DNA from: Bacteroidota bacterium
Lineage (GTDB): Bacteria > Bacteroidota > Bacteroidia > Flavobacteriales > Schleiferiaceae
Assembly: GCA_003045865.1 (NCBI GenBank)
Contig: PZPB01000004.1
Span: 6,656-70,655 of the forward strand
Direction of reading: 5' to 3'
Length of the DNA: 64,000 bases
Every line of letters begins with the position of its first letter. Positions within the stretch are counted from its first letter, which is position 1. The notes beneath the pieces were generated by a model, which was not told the DNA's origin, searched no databases, and was given only the letters and a program-made list of their open reading frames with translations. This document shows positions 19,166-29,056 of the stretch, one piece after another. The position numbers were made by a program, and so were the translations under genes.

Positions 19166-20578
19166 ATGTTTGAATTTTCAAGCCGCTTAAAAACAATTTC
19201 TTACGTACTGATTCTTATCGGTGCTATTTCCGTAGGGTTTAGCTTCCTCGCAGGAGGAAGTGACCACCATGACGAAGCGAGTCACGGGGAAGGAGAACAC
19301 GCAACTACTGAAGCTCATCACAGTCCTGCGGCAAGTCATGCCCATGGTCATGATGCTATGCCAAAAACGGATGATTTCAGTTATCACAAAGGGGCATCGA
19401 GAGCAATCCCGAAGAATAATCATTTCTACACGTCACCCAATGCGGAGCATGATGCGGAACATGCTCATCATCAGGAACAGAATAAGCCTTGGGCAAACCT
19501 ATTGGTGAATAGTTTTTTCGCCTTAGCGATTGGCTTAGGTGCTTTATTCTTTATGGCACTTCAATACGCAGCGCAAGTAGGCTGGACGGTAGTGCTTTTG
19601 CGTGTTTTAGAAGGGATTACAAGTTTTATTTGGGTGCCAGGATTAGTGATTCTAATCATTATCGTAACAGGTTGGTTCCACTTAGGAGGTAACCACGTTT
19701 ATCACTGGATGGCTGAAGGTATTATGATTCCAGGTAGTGAAAATTACGATTCAATCATTGCGGGTAAAGAGGGTTACTTAAATGGGCCATTCTTCACCAT
19801 TAGATCAATCATTTATTTAGCAGGCTGGATTGGCGCAGCATTTTTATTGAGAAAAATGAGCTTGAAAATGGAGCAGTCAGGGGTAGATTACAATCAAAAC
19901 TGGGCCAAGATGCGTAATGTGGGTGCTGGATTTTTAGTATTCTTTGCGGTTACTTCTTCAATGAGTGCTTGGGATTGGATTATGAGTATTGATACGCACT
20001 GGTTTAGTACTTTATTTGGATGGTATGTTTTCTCAACCATCTTTGTATCGTCTCTTACTGCATTAATGATGGTAGTACTTTACCTTAAAGGGAAAGGGTA
20101 CTTGCCAGAGGTTAATAAGAGTCACATCCATGACATTGCTAAGTTTATGTTCGCCTTCTCTATTTTCTGGACTTACCTATGGTTCTCCCAGTATATGTTG
20201 ATCTGGTATTCAAACATCCCAGAAGAGGTTACTTATTACATGATGCGCTTTGATGAGTATAAAGTGTTATTCTTCACCATGGTAGCACTGAACTTTATCT
20301 TCCCTGTTACTATTTTAATGAGTAGAGATTCAAAACGTAATCGGGGCTTCATCTTTACAGCCGGTATTATAATTTTATTTGGACACTGGTTAGACATCTT
20401 TATTATGATTATGCCAGGTTCTGTAGGTGCAAGTGGAAGCGTGACTTTAATTAACATGGGAACATTATTAGGATTTGTAGGCTTATTTATTTTAGTAGTG
20501 TTTAACACTATTAAAAAGGCACCGTTGATGATAAAGAACCACCCCATGTTTGTGGAGAGTAAACATTTCCATATTTAA
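19166..20578 (+). CDS. actF: ACIII membrane subunit F
   Basis: DWIMSIDTHWFSTLFG, FWTYLWFSQYMLIWYSNIPEE; His-rich loop after TM1. Confidence 0.92.
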   Translation: MFEFSSRLKTISYVLILIGAISVGFSFLAGGSDHHDEASHGEGEHATTEAHHSPAASHAHGHDAMPKTDDFSYHKGASRAIPKNNHFYTSPNAEHDAEHAHHQEQNKPWANLLVNSFFALAIGLGALFFMALQYAAQVGWTVVLLRVLEGITSFIWVPGLVILIIIVTGWFHLGGNHVYHWMAEGIMIPGSENYDSIIAGKEGYLNGPFFTIRSIIYLAGWIGAAFLLRKMSLKMEQSGVDYNQNWAKMRNVGAGFLVFFAVTSSMSAWDWIMSIDTHWFSTLFGWYVFSTIFVSSLTALMMVVLYLKGKGYLPEVNKSHIHDIAKFMFAFSIFWTYLWFSQYMLIWYSNIPEEVTYYMMRFDEYKVLFFTMVALNFIFPVTILMSRDSKRNRGFIFTAGIIILFGHWLDIFIMIMPGSVGASGSVTLINMGTLLGFVGLFILVVFNTIKKAPLMIKNHPMFVESKHFHI

Positions 20579-20599
20579 TATTTAAATAGCTAGCTATAA

Positions 20600-21628
20600 A
20601 TGGATACATTATTAATTATTGTTGTAGCCCTTCTCGCTGTAATTGCCTTAACACAGGCGATAAGAATCTTCGAGATATCTTCAAAGATTAAGGGTACTGA
20701 TAATGACATTAAGGTTAACGACAAGGATAACAACGCTCAGGGTTGGTTAATGCTTTTGTTCTTAATCTTCTTCTTTGGGGCTTTTGCCTGGATGGTGAGT
20801 GAATACATGGATTTAACCCTACCAGTTTCGGCTTCTGAGCATGGTAATGAGATTGATAGCCTTTGGGATATTTCAATGGGAGTTATCATTTTAGCCTTCT
20901 TTGTTACTCAGCCCTTATTATTTGGTTTCGCCTATATGTTTCGCGGGAGAAAAACCCGAAAGGCGACTTATATGGAGCATAATAATAAATTAGAGCTTTT
21001 CTGGACCGGTATCCCTGCGGTTATTTTAGCCGGTTTGATCCTTTATGGACTTACTACATGGACCGATATTATGTTTCCAGAAAAAACTGAAGAGCCTATC
21101 GTAGTGGAGCTATACGCTAAACAATTTGGTTGGACTGCTCGTTATGCTGGTGGTGATAATACGCTAGGTTTTGCAAATGTTAGGTTAATTGAGGGCGCTA
21201 ATGTACTCGGTGTAGACTCAGCAGATAATAATTCAAGTGACGACATTATTACTAGTGAGCTTAGACTCCCAAAAGGACGTCCAATACTTTTGAAGTTTAG
21301 GTCGCAAGATGTTATTCACTCGGCTTATTTGCCTCACTTTAGAGTGCAAATGAACTGTGTGCCTGGTACCGAAACGCAATTTCAGTTTACTCCGTCTATG
21401 ACGACTGCTGAAATGCGGATGGATAACGATGTTATTGAAAAAGTTGCGCGCGTAAATTCTATTCGCAGTGCGAAAGGTGAGGATCCTTGGGAATTTGATT
21501 ATGTATTGTTATGTAATAAAATTTGTGGGGCAGCTCATTACAATATGCAAATGAAGGTGGTTGTTGAATCTGAAGAAGATTTCAACAAATGGTTGAAGGA
21601 ACAGCAGACTTTTGCTGAAATGTTATAA
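20600..21628 (+). CDS. coxB: Cytochrome c oxidase subunit II
   Basis: CuA ligands DVIHS and CNKICGAAHYNM; LELFWT. Confidence 0.95.
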   Translation: MDTLLIIVVALLAVIALTQAIRIFEISSKIKGTDNDIKVNDKDNNAQGWLMLLFLIFFFGAFAWMVSEYMDLTLPVSASEHGNEIDSLWDISMGVIILAFFVTQPLLFGFAYMFRGRKTRKATYMEHNNKLELFWTGIPAVILAGLILYGLTTWTDIMFPEKTEEPIVVELYAKQFGWTARYAGGDNTLGFANVRLIEGANVLGVDSADNNSSDDIITSELRLPKGRPILLKFRSQDVIHSAYLPHFRVQMNCVPGTETQFQFTPSMTTAEMRMDNDVIEKVARVNSIRSAKGEDPWEFDYVLLCNKICGAAHYNMQMKVVVESEEDFNKWLKEQQTFAEML

Positions 21629-21667
21629 TTTATTTGATTAGTTAAAGGATAGAAATCGAAAGAAATA

Positions 21668-23428
21668 ATGGAAGCACACGCACATCACAAAGAAACTTTC
21701 ATCACTAAATACGTATTCACGACCGATCACAAAATGATCGCCAAGCAATTCCTCGTAACCGGTATGATTATGGGAATTATTGGAGTGGCTATGTCTTTAT
21801 TGTTCCGTCTTCAACTGGCTTGGCCAGATAAAGAATGGCCCATTTTAGAGATGTTATTAGGTAAATGGGCTACGGATGGTATCATGGATCCTAATATCTA
21901 TTTAGCCTTAGTAACCATACATGGTACCATCATGGTATTTTTTGTATTAACTGCGGGCTTAAGTGGTACCTTCTCCAACTTATTAATTCCGCTACAAATT
22001 GGAGCACGTGATATGGCGTCGGGCTTTATCAATATGCTTTCCTATTGGTTCTTTTTTGTCTCTAGTGTTATTATGGTCGCTTCACTTTTCGTAGAAAGCG
22101 GTCCCGCAGCAGCAGGTTGGACTATTTACCCTCCTTTAAGTGCATTGCCACAAGCCGTACCAGGTTCTGGAATGGGTATGACACTTTGGTTAGTAAGTAT
22201 GTCTCTGTTTATTGTTTCATCTCTCTTAGGAGCGCTAAACTACATTGTAACGGTACTTAACTTAAGAACTAAAGGGATGAGCATGACTCGTCTTCCCTTA
22301 ACAATTTGGGCCTTCTTTGTAACAGCGATTTTAGGTGTTCTTTCTTTCCCGGTTCTTTTCTCAGCGGCTTTACTACTGATTTTTGATAGAAGCTTCGGTA
22401 CTAGTTTCTACTTGTCAGATATAATGGTGGCTGGTGAGGTTTTAAGTAACCAAGGTGGTAGCCCGATTTTGTTCCAGCATTTATTCTGGTTCCTAGGTCA
22501 TCCAGAAGTATATATCATCCTTCTCCCAGCGCTGGGTATTAGTTCGGAAGTAATTTCAACCAATGCTCGAAAACCAATTTTTGGTTACCGTGCGATGGTA
22601 GGTTCTATTTTAGCCATTGCTTTCTTATCGTTTATTGTATGGGGGCACCATATGTTTGTAACCGGAATGAATCCATTCTTAGGATCAGTGTTTACTTTTA
22701 CTACTCTTTTAATTGCTATCCCATCTGCCGTAAAGGCCTTTAACTACATTACTACTTTGTGGAAAGGTAATTTACAGATGACACCAGCAATGCTATTTTC
22801 TATCGGTCTTGTTTCCACCTTTATTACTGGTGGTTTAACTGGTTTGATTTTAGGAGATAGTGCCTTAGATATTAATGTTCACGATACATATTTCGTAGTT
22901 GCCCACTTCCACATTGTAATGGGACTATCAGCTATTTTCGGTCTGTTCGCAGGTGTTTATCATTGGTTTCCCAAGATGTATGGCCGCAGAATGAACAAAT
23001 CTTTAGGTTATATTCACTTTTGGGTAACATTTATCGCCGCTTATGGTGTATTCTTCCCGATGCACTTTTTAGGAATGGCAGGTTTACCTCGTCGTTACTA
23101 CACTAATACGGCTTTCCCAATGTTTGATGATTTAGCAGATATTAATGTATTAGTAAGTTATTTCGCTATCATAGGTGGAATTGCGCAGGTGGTATTCTTG
23201 TTTAACTTCTTCTACAGCGCATTCCGCGGTAAGAAATCCGAACAAAACCCTTGGAGAGCTAACTCTTTAGAGTGGACTACTCCGGTAGAGCATATCCACG
23301 GAAACTGGCCAGGAGAAATCCCAGAAGTACACCGTTGGCCTTACGATTACAGTAAGCCTGGAGCTGCTGAAGATTTCGTGCCTCAGACCGTTCCTATGAC
23401 GGAAGATGAAATTGCCAATGGCCACTAG
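21668..23428 (+). CDS. coxA: Cytochrome c oxidase subunit I (A1-type, aa3)
   Basis: DHK, HGTIMVF, GWTIYPPL, WFLGHPEVY, WGHHMF, HDTYFVVAHFH, GLPRRY. Confidence 0.97.
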   Translation: MEAHAHHKETFITKYVFTTDHKMIAKQFLVTGMIMGIIGVAMSLLFRLQLAWPDKEWPILEMLLGKWATDGIMDPNIYLALVTIHGTIMVFFVLTAGLSGTFSNLLIPLQIGARDMASGFINMLSYWFFFVSSVIMVASLFVESGPAAAGWTIYPPLSALPQAVPGSGMGMTLWLVSMSLFIVSSLLGALNYIVTVLNLRTKGMSMTRLPLTIWAFFVTAILGVLSFPVLFSAALLLIFDRSFGTSFYLSDIMVAGEVLSNQGGSPILFQHLFWFLGHPEVYIILLPALGISSEVISTNARKPIFGYRAMVGSILAIAFLSFIVWGHHMFVTGMNPFLGSVFTFTTLLIAIPSAVKAFNYITTLWKGNLQMTPAMLFSIGLVSTFITGGLTGLILGDSALDINVHDTYFVVAHFHIVMGLSAIFGLFAGVYHWFPKMYGRRMNKSLGYIHFWVTFIAAYGVFFPMHFLGMAGLPRRYYTNTAFPMFDDLADINVLVSYFAIIGGIAQVVFLFNFFYSAFRGKKSEQNPWRANSLEWTTPVEHIHGNWPGEIPEVHRWPYDYSKPGAAEDFVPQTVPMTEDEIANGH

Positions 23429-23444
23429 ATTATAAAATTAGTTG

Positions 23445-23478
23445 AAGCCCCTTAGTTTACGCTAAGGGGCTTTTTTTT
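23445..23478 (+). terminator. Terminator of the act-cox operon
   Basis: AAGCCCCTTAG-TTTACG-CTAAGGGGCTT followed by a T run. Confidence 0.85.
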
Positions 23479-23529
23479 GACCGAAATATTTTATCGTACG
23501 ATTGCTAATTTTCCGTTTTCAATTTCTCT

Positions 23530-23537
23530 TACCTTTG
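23530..23537 (+). promoter_or_regulatory. -7 element of ruvB-queG
   Basis: TACCTTTG, 14 nt before ATG 23552. Confidence 0.65.
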
Positions 23538-23551
23538 CTCAAAATGCATGC

Positions 23552-24577
23552 ATGGCCCAATATTTAGATGAAGAAGAGGAGTCTTATTCGCAGGAGCAGG
23601 ATCTAGACCAAAAGCTTAGGCCTTTATCCTTCGACGACTTTGCGGGCCAAGATAAAATATTAGAGAATCTGCGGATCTTCGTGGCGGCGGCTAACCAGAG
23701 AGGTGAAGCCTTAGATCATGTTTTGTTGCATGGTCCGCCGGGATTAGGGAAAACCACCCTAGCCAATATTATAGCCAATGAGTTACATGCGGGTTTGAAG
23801 TTAAGTTCTGGGCCGGTAATCGATAAACCGGGTGAATTGGCAGGCTTGCTAACTAATTTGGAAGAAGGCGATGTTTTGTTTATTGATGAGATACATCGTT
23901 TAAGTCCCGTGGTAGAGGAATACCTCTATTCGGCCATGGAAGATTATCGTATCGACATTATGATTGATAGTGGTCCTGCGGCCAGAAGCGTACAAATTAA
24001 CCTCAATCGTTTTACTTTAATTGGAGCGACCACTCGCTCAGGATTATTAACATCCCCGCTTAGAGCGCGCTTTGGTATTAACAGCAGGTTACAATATTAT
24101 ACTGTAGAGCTTTTATCTACCATCGTAGAACGCTCGGCTCAGATTTTAGATGTTCCCATAGAACCGAATGCTGCGGTGGAAATTGCTCGCAGAAGTAGAG
24201 GAACACCCCGTATTGCCAATGCGCTTTTACGTCGAATGCGAGATTTTGCTCAAATTAAGGGAAAGGGGACTATCACTTTAGAAATTGCCAACTTTGGTTT
24301 GGAAGCACTACATGTAGACACCTATGGCTTGGATGAAATGGATCATAAAATTTTAATCTGTATTATCGATAAGTTTAAGGGTGGCCCTGTGGGTTTAAAT
24401 ACTATTGCAACCGCAGTAGGAGAGCAGGCGGGTACCATAGAAGAAGTATATGAGCCCTATTTAATTCAACAGGGTTTCATGGCTCGTACGCAGCGGGGGC
24501 GAATTGTTACAGACTTGGCATACGCCCATTTAGATAAGCGCGATCCTCGTATTCAAAACGGTCTCTTTGATATCTAA
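23552..24577 (+). CDS. ruvB: Holliday junction branch migration helicase RuvB
   Basis: [36 protein letters not shown]. Start moved to the ATG downstream of the terminator and promoter. Confidence 0.97.
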   Translation: MAQYLDEEEESYSQEQDLDQKLRPLSFDDFAGQDKILENLRIFVAAANQRGEALDHVLLHGPPGLGKTTLANIIANELHAGLKLSSGPVIDKPGELAGLLTNLEEGDVLFIDEIHRLSPVVEEYLYSAMEDYRIDIMIDSGPAARSVQINLNRFTLIGATTRSGLLTSPLRARFGINSRLQYYTVELLSTIVERSAQILDVPIEPNAAVEIARRSRGTPRIANALLRRMRDFAQIKGKGTITLEIANFGLEALHVDTYGLDEMDHKILICIIDKFKGGPVGLNTIATAVGEQAGTIEEVYEPYLIQQGFMARTQRGRIVTDLAYAHLDKRDPRIQNGLFDI

Positions 24578-25493
24578 AGAAGACTATAAGGAAGCGATCT
24601 CTGCAGAAGCTACGCGTTTAGGCTTTATGGCCTGTGGATTTTCCAAAGCGCGTTTTTTGGAAGAGGAAGCACCGCGATTGGAAGAGTGGTTATCGCGTAA
24701 CTATCAAGGGGAAATGGCCTGGATGGCCAATCATTTCGATAAGAGATTGGACCCGAGGAAATTGGTTCCAGGAGCAAAAACTGTTATTAGTTTACTTTTT
24801 AATTATTATCCTGCCCAAGAGCAAGCTTCGCCCGAGGCGCCCAAGATTGCTAAGTATGCCTATGGGGAAGATTATCACTACATTTTAAAGGACAAATTAC
24901 ATGCCTTGTTGAGCTTTATTCGCGAAAATGTCGGAGAAGTGGATGGTCGTGCTTTTGTAGATTCCGCTCCGGTAATGGATAGGGTTTGGGCCAAAGAGGC
25001 CGGTTTGGGTTGGTTGGGTAAAAACACCTTGCTACTGAATAAAAAGTCGGGTTCATTTTTCTTTATTGCCGAGTTAATTCTCGACTTGGAGCTAGCACCT
25101 AATCCTCCTACTAAATTTGATCATTGTGGCACCTGCACGCGTTGTATTGATGCTTGCCCTACCGACGCATTAGTGGATGCGAATCTTTTGGATGCTTCTA
25201 AATGCATTAGCTATTTAACTATTGAGTTAAAGAATGAAATCCCAACAGAGTTTAAAGGTCAGATGGAAAATTGGGCCTTTGGTTGCGATATCTGTCAGGA
25301 TGTGTGCCCTTGGAACAGATTTTCCAAAGCACATCAGGAGGAGCGTTTAAATCCTTACGGGGAGCTCTTAGATATGAAGCCTGAGGATTGGAATGAAATC
25401 ACGGAAGAAGTATTTCGGAAAGTGTTTAGGAAGTCGGCCGTGAAACGCACTAAGTTTTCTGGTTTAAAGCGAAATTTAGATTTTTTAAAATAA
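24567..25493 (+). CDS. queG: Epoxyqueuosine reductase
   Basis: [50 protein letters not shown]. Confidence 0.96.
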   Translation: MISKEDYKEAISAEATRLGFMACGFSKARFLEEEAPRLEEWLSRNYQGEMAWMANHFDKRLDPRKLVPGAKTVISLLFNYYPAQEQASPEAPKIAKYAYGEDYHYILKDKLHALLSFIRENVGEVDGRAFVDSAPVMDRVWAKEAGLGWLGKNTLLLNKKSGSFFFIAELILDLELAPNPPTKFDHCGTCTRCIDACPTDALVDANLLDASKCISYLTIELKNEIPTEFKGQMENWAFGCDICQDVCPWNRFSKAHQEERLNPYGELLDMKPEDWNEITEEVFRKVFRKSAVKRTKFSGLKRNLDFLK

Positions 25494-25522
25494 AGCAATC
25501 GTGCAAGCGCATCTATGGAAAT

Positions 25523-25554
25523 AAAAAACCACCTAATGCAGAGGCAAGAGGTGG
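25523..25554 (-). terminator. Probable terminator of the TlpA-barrel-Omp28 operon
   Basis: CCACCT (25529-34) / AGGTGG (25549-54) stem with an adjacent A6 tract; large loop. Confidence 0.45.
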
Positions 25555-25582
25555 CTTAGTATTGTTGTAGATTGAATTTCGA

Positions 25583-26416
25583 TTAGATTTCTATCGAAGT
25601 GGCTTGAAGGATCTCGTAACTTTCTCCATCGTAAATAAAGGCGATAACCTCACAGTTTTCTTTAACCGCATCTGACGGAAGTACAATACTTTCATTAAAG
25701 GTGTTTGAACCACTACTTAGGTCGATAGTGGTACCATAAGTGCCGGTAAAAGAGCCACGGAATACGTGATTGTGAACATAAGCCGTATCTACCGATTTGT
25801 CAGGCATAGTTTGCGGGGAAACGATATTGTTCTCAGCAAGATAAAGGCAAATCTTCACGTTAGTAGCACTGAAAGTTAAAAGGGTAGCTACCGATCCACT
25901 TACCTTTAAAGTGGAGTTGCTAGCATTGAAGATTTCTTCTCTAAGACTGATTGTAGCCACTGGCTCTCTTAAAATTTCCTGGGCAATAGTTGAGCCCCAG
26001 TCGCCTTCGCTTTTAATAATGTCTGAGTTTAAATAATCGATGCGGTTTACAAAACCAACGGGTACACCAAAAAGATTAAAGAAGTTGAATAGCTCGGTAC
26101 CTTCTGGGGTATTAAAGGCTTTCGGGTGCTTGTCGTCAGTTTGCGCCAAATTACCTGCATGAATGCCTAATAGTATAAGACGATCATGGCCATAAATACT
26201 TTGTAACTCTTTCGCTTTTGCATTGGCAGCCGGACAGTTATTGCACTTAACCCCCGTAAACTCTTCGAGTAAGATTACATGGAGCGAATCTTGTCCACCT
26301 CCAATAGGGTTACCGCCACCACCTTCGCGTTGAATTAAGTAATCACCTTCTTCAATTTTGTCGCATGCCCCTAACATTAAGGCGAGAACAGCGAGACTAA
26401 GAAATATCTTTTTCAT
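25583..26416 (-). CDS. Omp28-family thioredoxin-like outer-membrane lipoprotein
   Basis: Lipobox LGAC-DKIEE; LEEFTGVKCNNCP, IHAG, GVPVGFVNR, YVHNHVFR. Confidence 0.88.
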   Translation of the reverse strand: MKKIFLSLAVLALMLGACDKIEEGDYLIQREGGGGNPIGGGQDSLHVILLEEFTGVKCNNCPAANAKAKELQSIYGHDRLILLGIHAGNLAQTDDKHPKAFNTPEGTELFNFFNLFGVPVGFVNRIDYLNSDIIKSEGDWGSTIAQEILREPVATISLREEIFNASNSTLKVSGSVATLLTFSATNVKICLYLAENNIVSPQTMPDKSVDTAYVHNHVFRGSFTGTYGTTIDLSSGSNTFNESIVLPSDAVKENCEVIAFIYDGESYEILQATSIEI

Positions 26417-26418
26417 AA

Positions 26419-28170
26419 TTAAAAGTTTGTCGTTATCATCATGGAGAAGCCATTAGACGCTGGAACAACGCGGCAAATACCACCTACGCAAAATACTCCT
26501 TCTTGTTGACGCCCGTAGTTAAACTGAAACTTGGTAGTACCACGTGTATAACCCATTGATACCAAAGGATAATGAACTCTTAAATCGGGGTCAGGATGTC
26601 CATAATTATAGGCGTCTTGAACGGCGAAGAACCACTGCGGCGCAATGCTATACTCTAGTAAAAGTAAGGCCCAACTGCCTCGATCTTGATCGGTAAGCAT
26701 AAGTTGTGCTTCCGAACGCAAAGAATGCTTGGGCTTAATTTTCCAAAGTATTTCTGCTACCATAGCATTAACGTATACTATTTCCAAAGTGTTGGGGTCG
26801 GAAACCAAATCATCTACTACACCATCGAGCAGTGCGCTACGGTTATAAATGAAATTATAATAGCTGAAGGTTCCTTTTAGGCTCTTATTGATTTTGGTTT
26901 TTACCTCCACGTTAAAATCTTGAGAGTATTGGATGTTGTTTAGTCTTCGAGGAATATCAAACTTTAGGTTATCATTAAACCAACTAAGTCTGCGTGTTTC
27001 GATATCTAAACCTGCACCCTCCACCGAATATCCATCAGTTCCAGAAATTGTAGGTACAGAATCAAAACCTGGACGGGTAATAAAACTTTTATCTAGTGCA
27101 TAGCTATTACTAAAGTTTAGGTTAACTAAAGTTCCGTACCTGCCGCCGACTAAAGTTCCTTTATCAAATTTATACGCTATTTCGGCCTGCATTCCAGTTT
27201 CGCCATTAGCCTGAACATTGTAGCTATATAAAGCGGGCAGAGCATAAGTATGTAACTCGGCCAATGGCGGCTGGTAGTTAATAAGGAGCTCGGTAAAGTT
27301 GGCTACTCTTTCTGATCGGAAAAGAAAGTTGTCGTAGTATTTATATCCTAGAATAATCCCTAAATTCCCTTTAGAGTAAGAACCATTGGCATAGATGGCA
27401 TGACCGGGTTTGAAGATAAAGCGGTTACTACTATTCGGGTCTTGTGATTTATAGGCGTATTCTCCAAAAATGTTAAAGTTTCCACTAATAAAATTGGCAC
27501 GTAAGGAGGCAGCGGCAACGTTTTCCGGTAGGTTGTAAATAGGATCGGTGGATTCCTCAAAACGGCTCACAGCGCCGGCTCCAACGATAAGATTGGTGCG
27601 GCTATTAGTACCATTGAATTCGTTAAGATTAAATTCTAGGTCACCACCTCTCACAATACCATCACTTGTTTCAAAGTAAATTCTTTGCCTTCCAACTAGA
27701 GCCTTCGCTTTTAAGCCTGGTCTAATCTCATAGATCAAGCGTAAACCATCCATCGCATTATCTAGCCCTAAGCCACGTTCTTCATAGGTACGGAAAATTA
27801 AACCGCTACCAAACTGCTCATAATAATTACCAACAGTTAAGTCTAAGCCTTCATGCTTATAACGTATGAAGCGATAGGGAATACCTTCTCCTTTAAACCC
27901 TTCGGGTAAACCGATGAGATTATTTTGGTAATTTTCATAACGCAAGCCTGCCATGAAATCACCTTTAGAATAGGTGAGATTTAGAAAACCCGCAGCTAGT
28001 AGTCTTTCATCAGGAAAGGCCGTTCCGTTAGGGTCAATGATGGTATCGCGTAAGTAATACTGCGCGTTGGTTTGAAAATTCCCGTGAATTTGTCCGTAAT
28101 CTTTCTCTGCTTCTTGAGCAAAAGAGAATGAACTAATAAAAGTAAAAGCGAGGAATAGTATTTTTTTCAT
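26419..28170 (-). CDS. Outer-membrane beta-barrel protein (DUF6029-like)
   Basis: Signal peptide MKKILFL...SFAQ; GNYYEQFGSGLIFR motif; amphipathic strands; C-terminal FCVGGICRVVPASNG...TTNF ending in Phe. Confidence 0.8.
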   Translation of the reverse strand: MKKILFLAFTFISSFSFAQEAEKDYGQIHGNFQTNAQYYLRDTIIDPNGTAFPDERLLAAGFLNLTYSKGDFMAGLRYENYQNNLIGLPEGFKGEGIPYRFIRYKHEGLDLTVGNYYEQFGSGLIFRTYEERGLGLDNAMDGLRLIYEIRPGLKAKALVGRQRIYFETSDGIVRGGDLEFNLNEFNGTNSRTNLIVGAGAVSRFEESTDPIYNLPENVAAASLRANFISGNFNIFGEYAYKSQDPNSSNRFIFKPGHAIYANGSYSKGNLGIILGYKYYDNFLFRSERVANFTELLINYQPPLAELHTYALPALYSYNVQANGETGMQAEIAYKFDKGTLVGGRYGTLVNLNFSNSYALDKSFITRPGFDSVPTISGTDGYSVEGAGLDIETRRLSWFNDNLKFDIPRRLNNIQYSQDFNVEVKTKINKSLKGTFSYYNFIYNRSALLDGVVDDLVSDPNTLEIVYVNAMVAEILWKIKPKHSLRSEAQLMLTDQDRGSWALLLLEYSIAPQWFFAVQDAYNYGHPDPDLRVHYPLVSMGYTRGTTKFQFNYGRQQEGVFCVGGICRVVPASNGFSMMITTNF

Positions 28171-28195
28171 AGAGCTTACTTGAGAGGGACTAAAT

Positions 28196-28708
28196 TTATT
28201 CGCTGATTTCCTCACCGCGATTTAACTTCTCAATCAGCTCATAAAGGTGGTCTTCATCGCCTGTCATATAACCGTTGTGCTGCCAAACAATTTCCCCCTT
28301 ACCATCAACTAAAAAGGTATGCGGAATATTATTTACGTTTAAGGCTCTTTTTAGTTCCTGATTTTCGTCTAAGTAAACTTCATAGTCCCAACCTTGGCTG
28401 GTAATGAAAGGCTTTACTCTCGCCGAGTTTCTTGAATCATCTACTGATACTGCGATAAGTTTAACTCCTGATTCTTCCTGCCAATCCACATATTGATCAT
28501 TTATAGCGTTCAGCTCTAAAACGCATGGTTTACACCAGGTGGCCCAGAAGCTAATGATCATAGGCTTTCCGTCATTTTCAAGAAGATTAGCATCAATCAT
28601 ATTGCCGCTTAGGTCTTTTAGCTGAATATTGGGGATTTTATCTTGTGCAATAGCCGAAAGAGACAGGCTTAACAGTAGTAACAGAGTTTTTAAAAGCTTG
28701 GTGTTCAT
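28196..28708 (-). CDS. Periplasmic TlpA-family thiol-disulfide reductase
   Basis: Signal peptide ending AIAQ; FWATWCKPC; cis-Pro motif IPHT. Confidence 0.92.
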   Translation of the reverse strand: MNTKLLKTLLLLLSLSLSAIAQDKIPNIQLKDLSGNMIDANLLENDGKPMIISFWATWCKPCVLELNAINDQYVDWQEESGVKLIAVSVDDSRNSARVKPFITSQGWDYEVYLDENQELKRALNVNNIPHTFLVDGKGEIVWQHNGYMTGDEDHLYELIEKLNRGEEISE

Positions 28709-29056
28709 TTTGGGTAGGAATAATTTGTTTCAAAAGCAAATTAAGTATTTTCTGCGCACTTGCCACTCATCATTGTCCTTTAAAAGCTTAGGGCAATCTA
28801 TCCTTTTGAAATAATTGGACCTTCTCCAACCAAATGTGTTGCCTTTTTTCTTTGAAATTGGATTTTTTTTAGGGCGATGTGAAACTCGAAAAGTCTTTAC
28901 GCCCCGCTTTCTATCCGTAAAGATGGGGCTTTTTTAGAGTCCTCTCCTTAACCTTTAAGTAGTTCTCATTTCACAGTACCTTAATTAGGAAGCAAAAAAT
29001 TTTGATTATAACGCATTTTATATACTTTTACTCGAAGAACAATTAGATTAAAAATT

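Noticed and set aside
23477-23551. Longer upstream starts in the ORF track for ruvB (also cysQ 42314, cyoE 43129, barrel 28215, mvk 61153, 47288)
   Set aside because: These extensions run through terminators, promoters or neighbouring genes; the downstream starts fit the signals better
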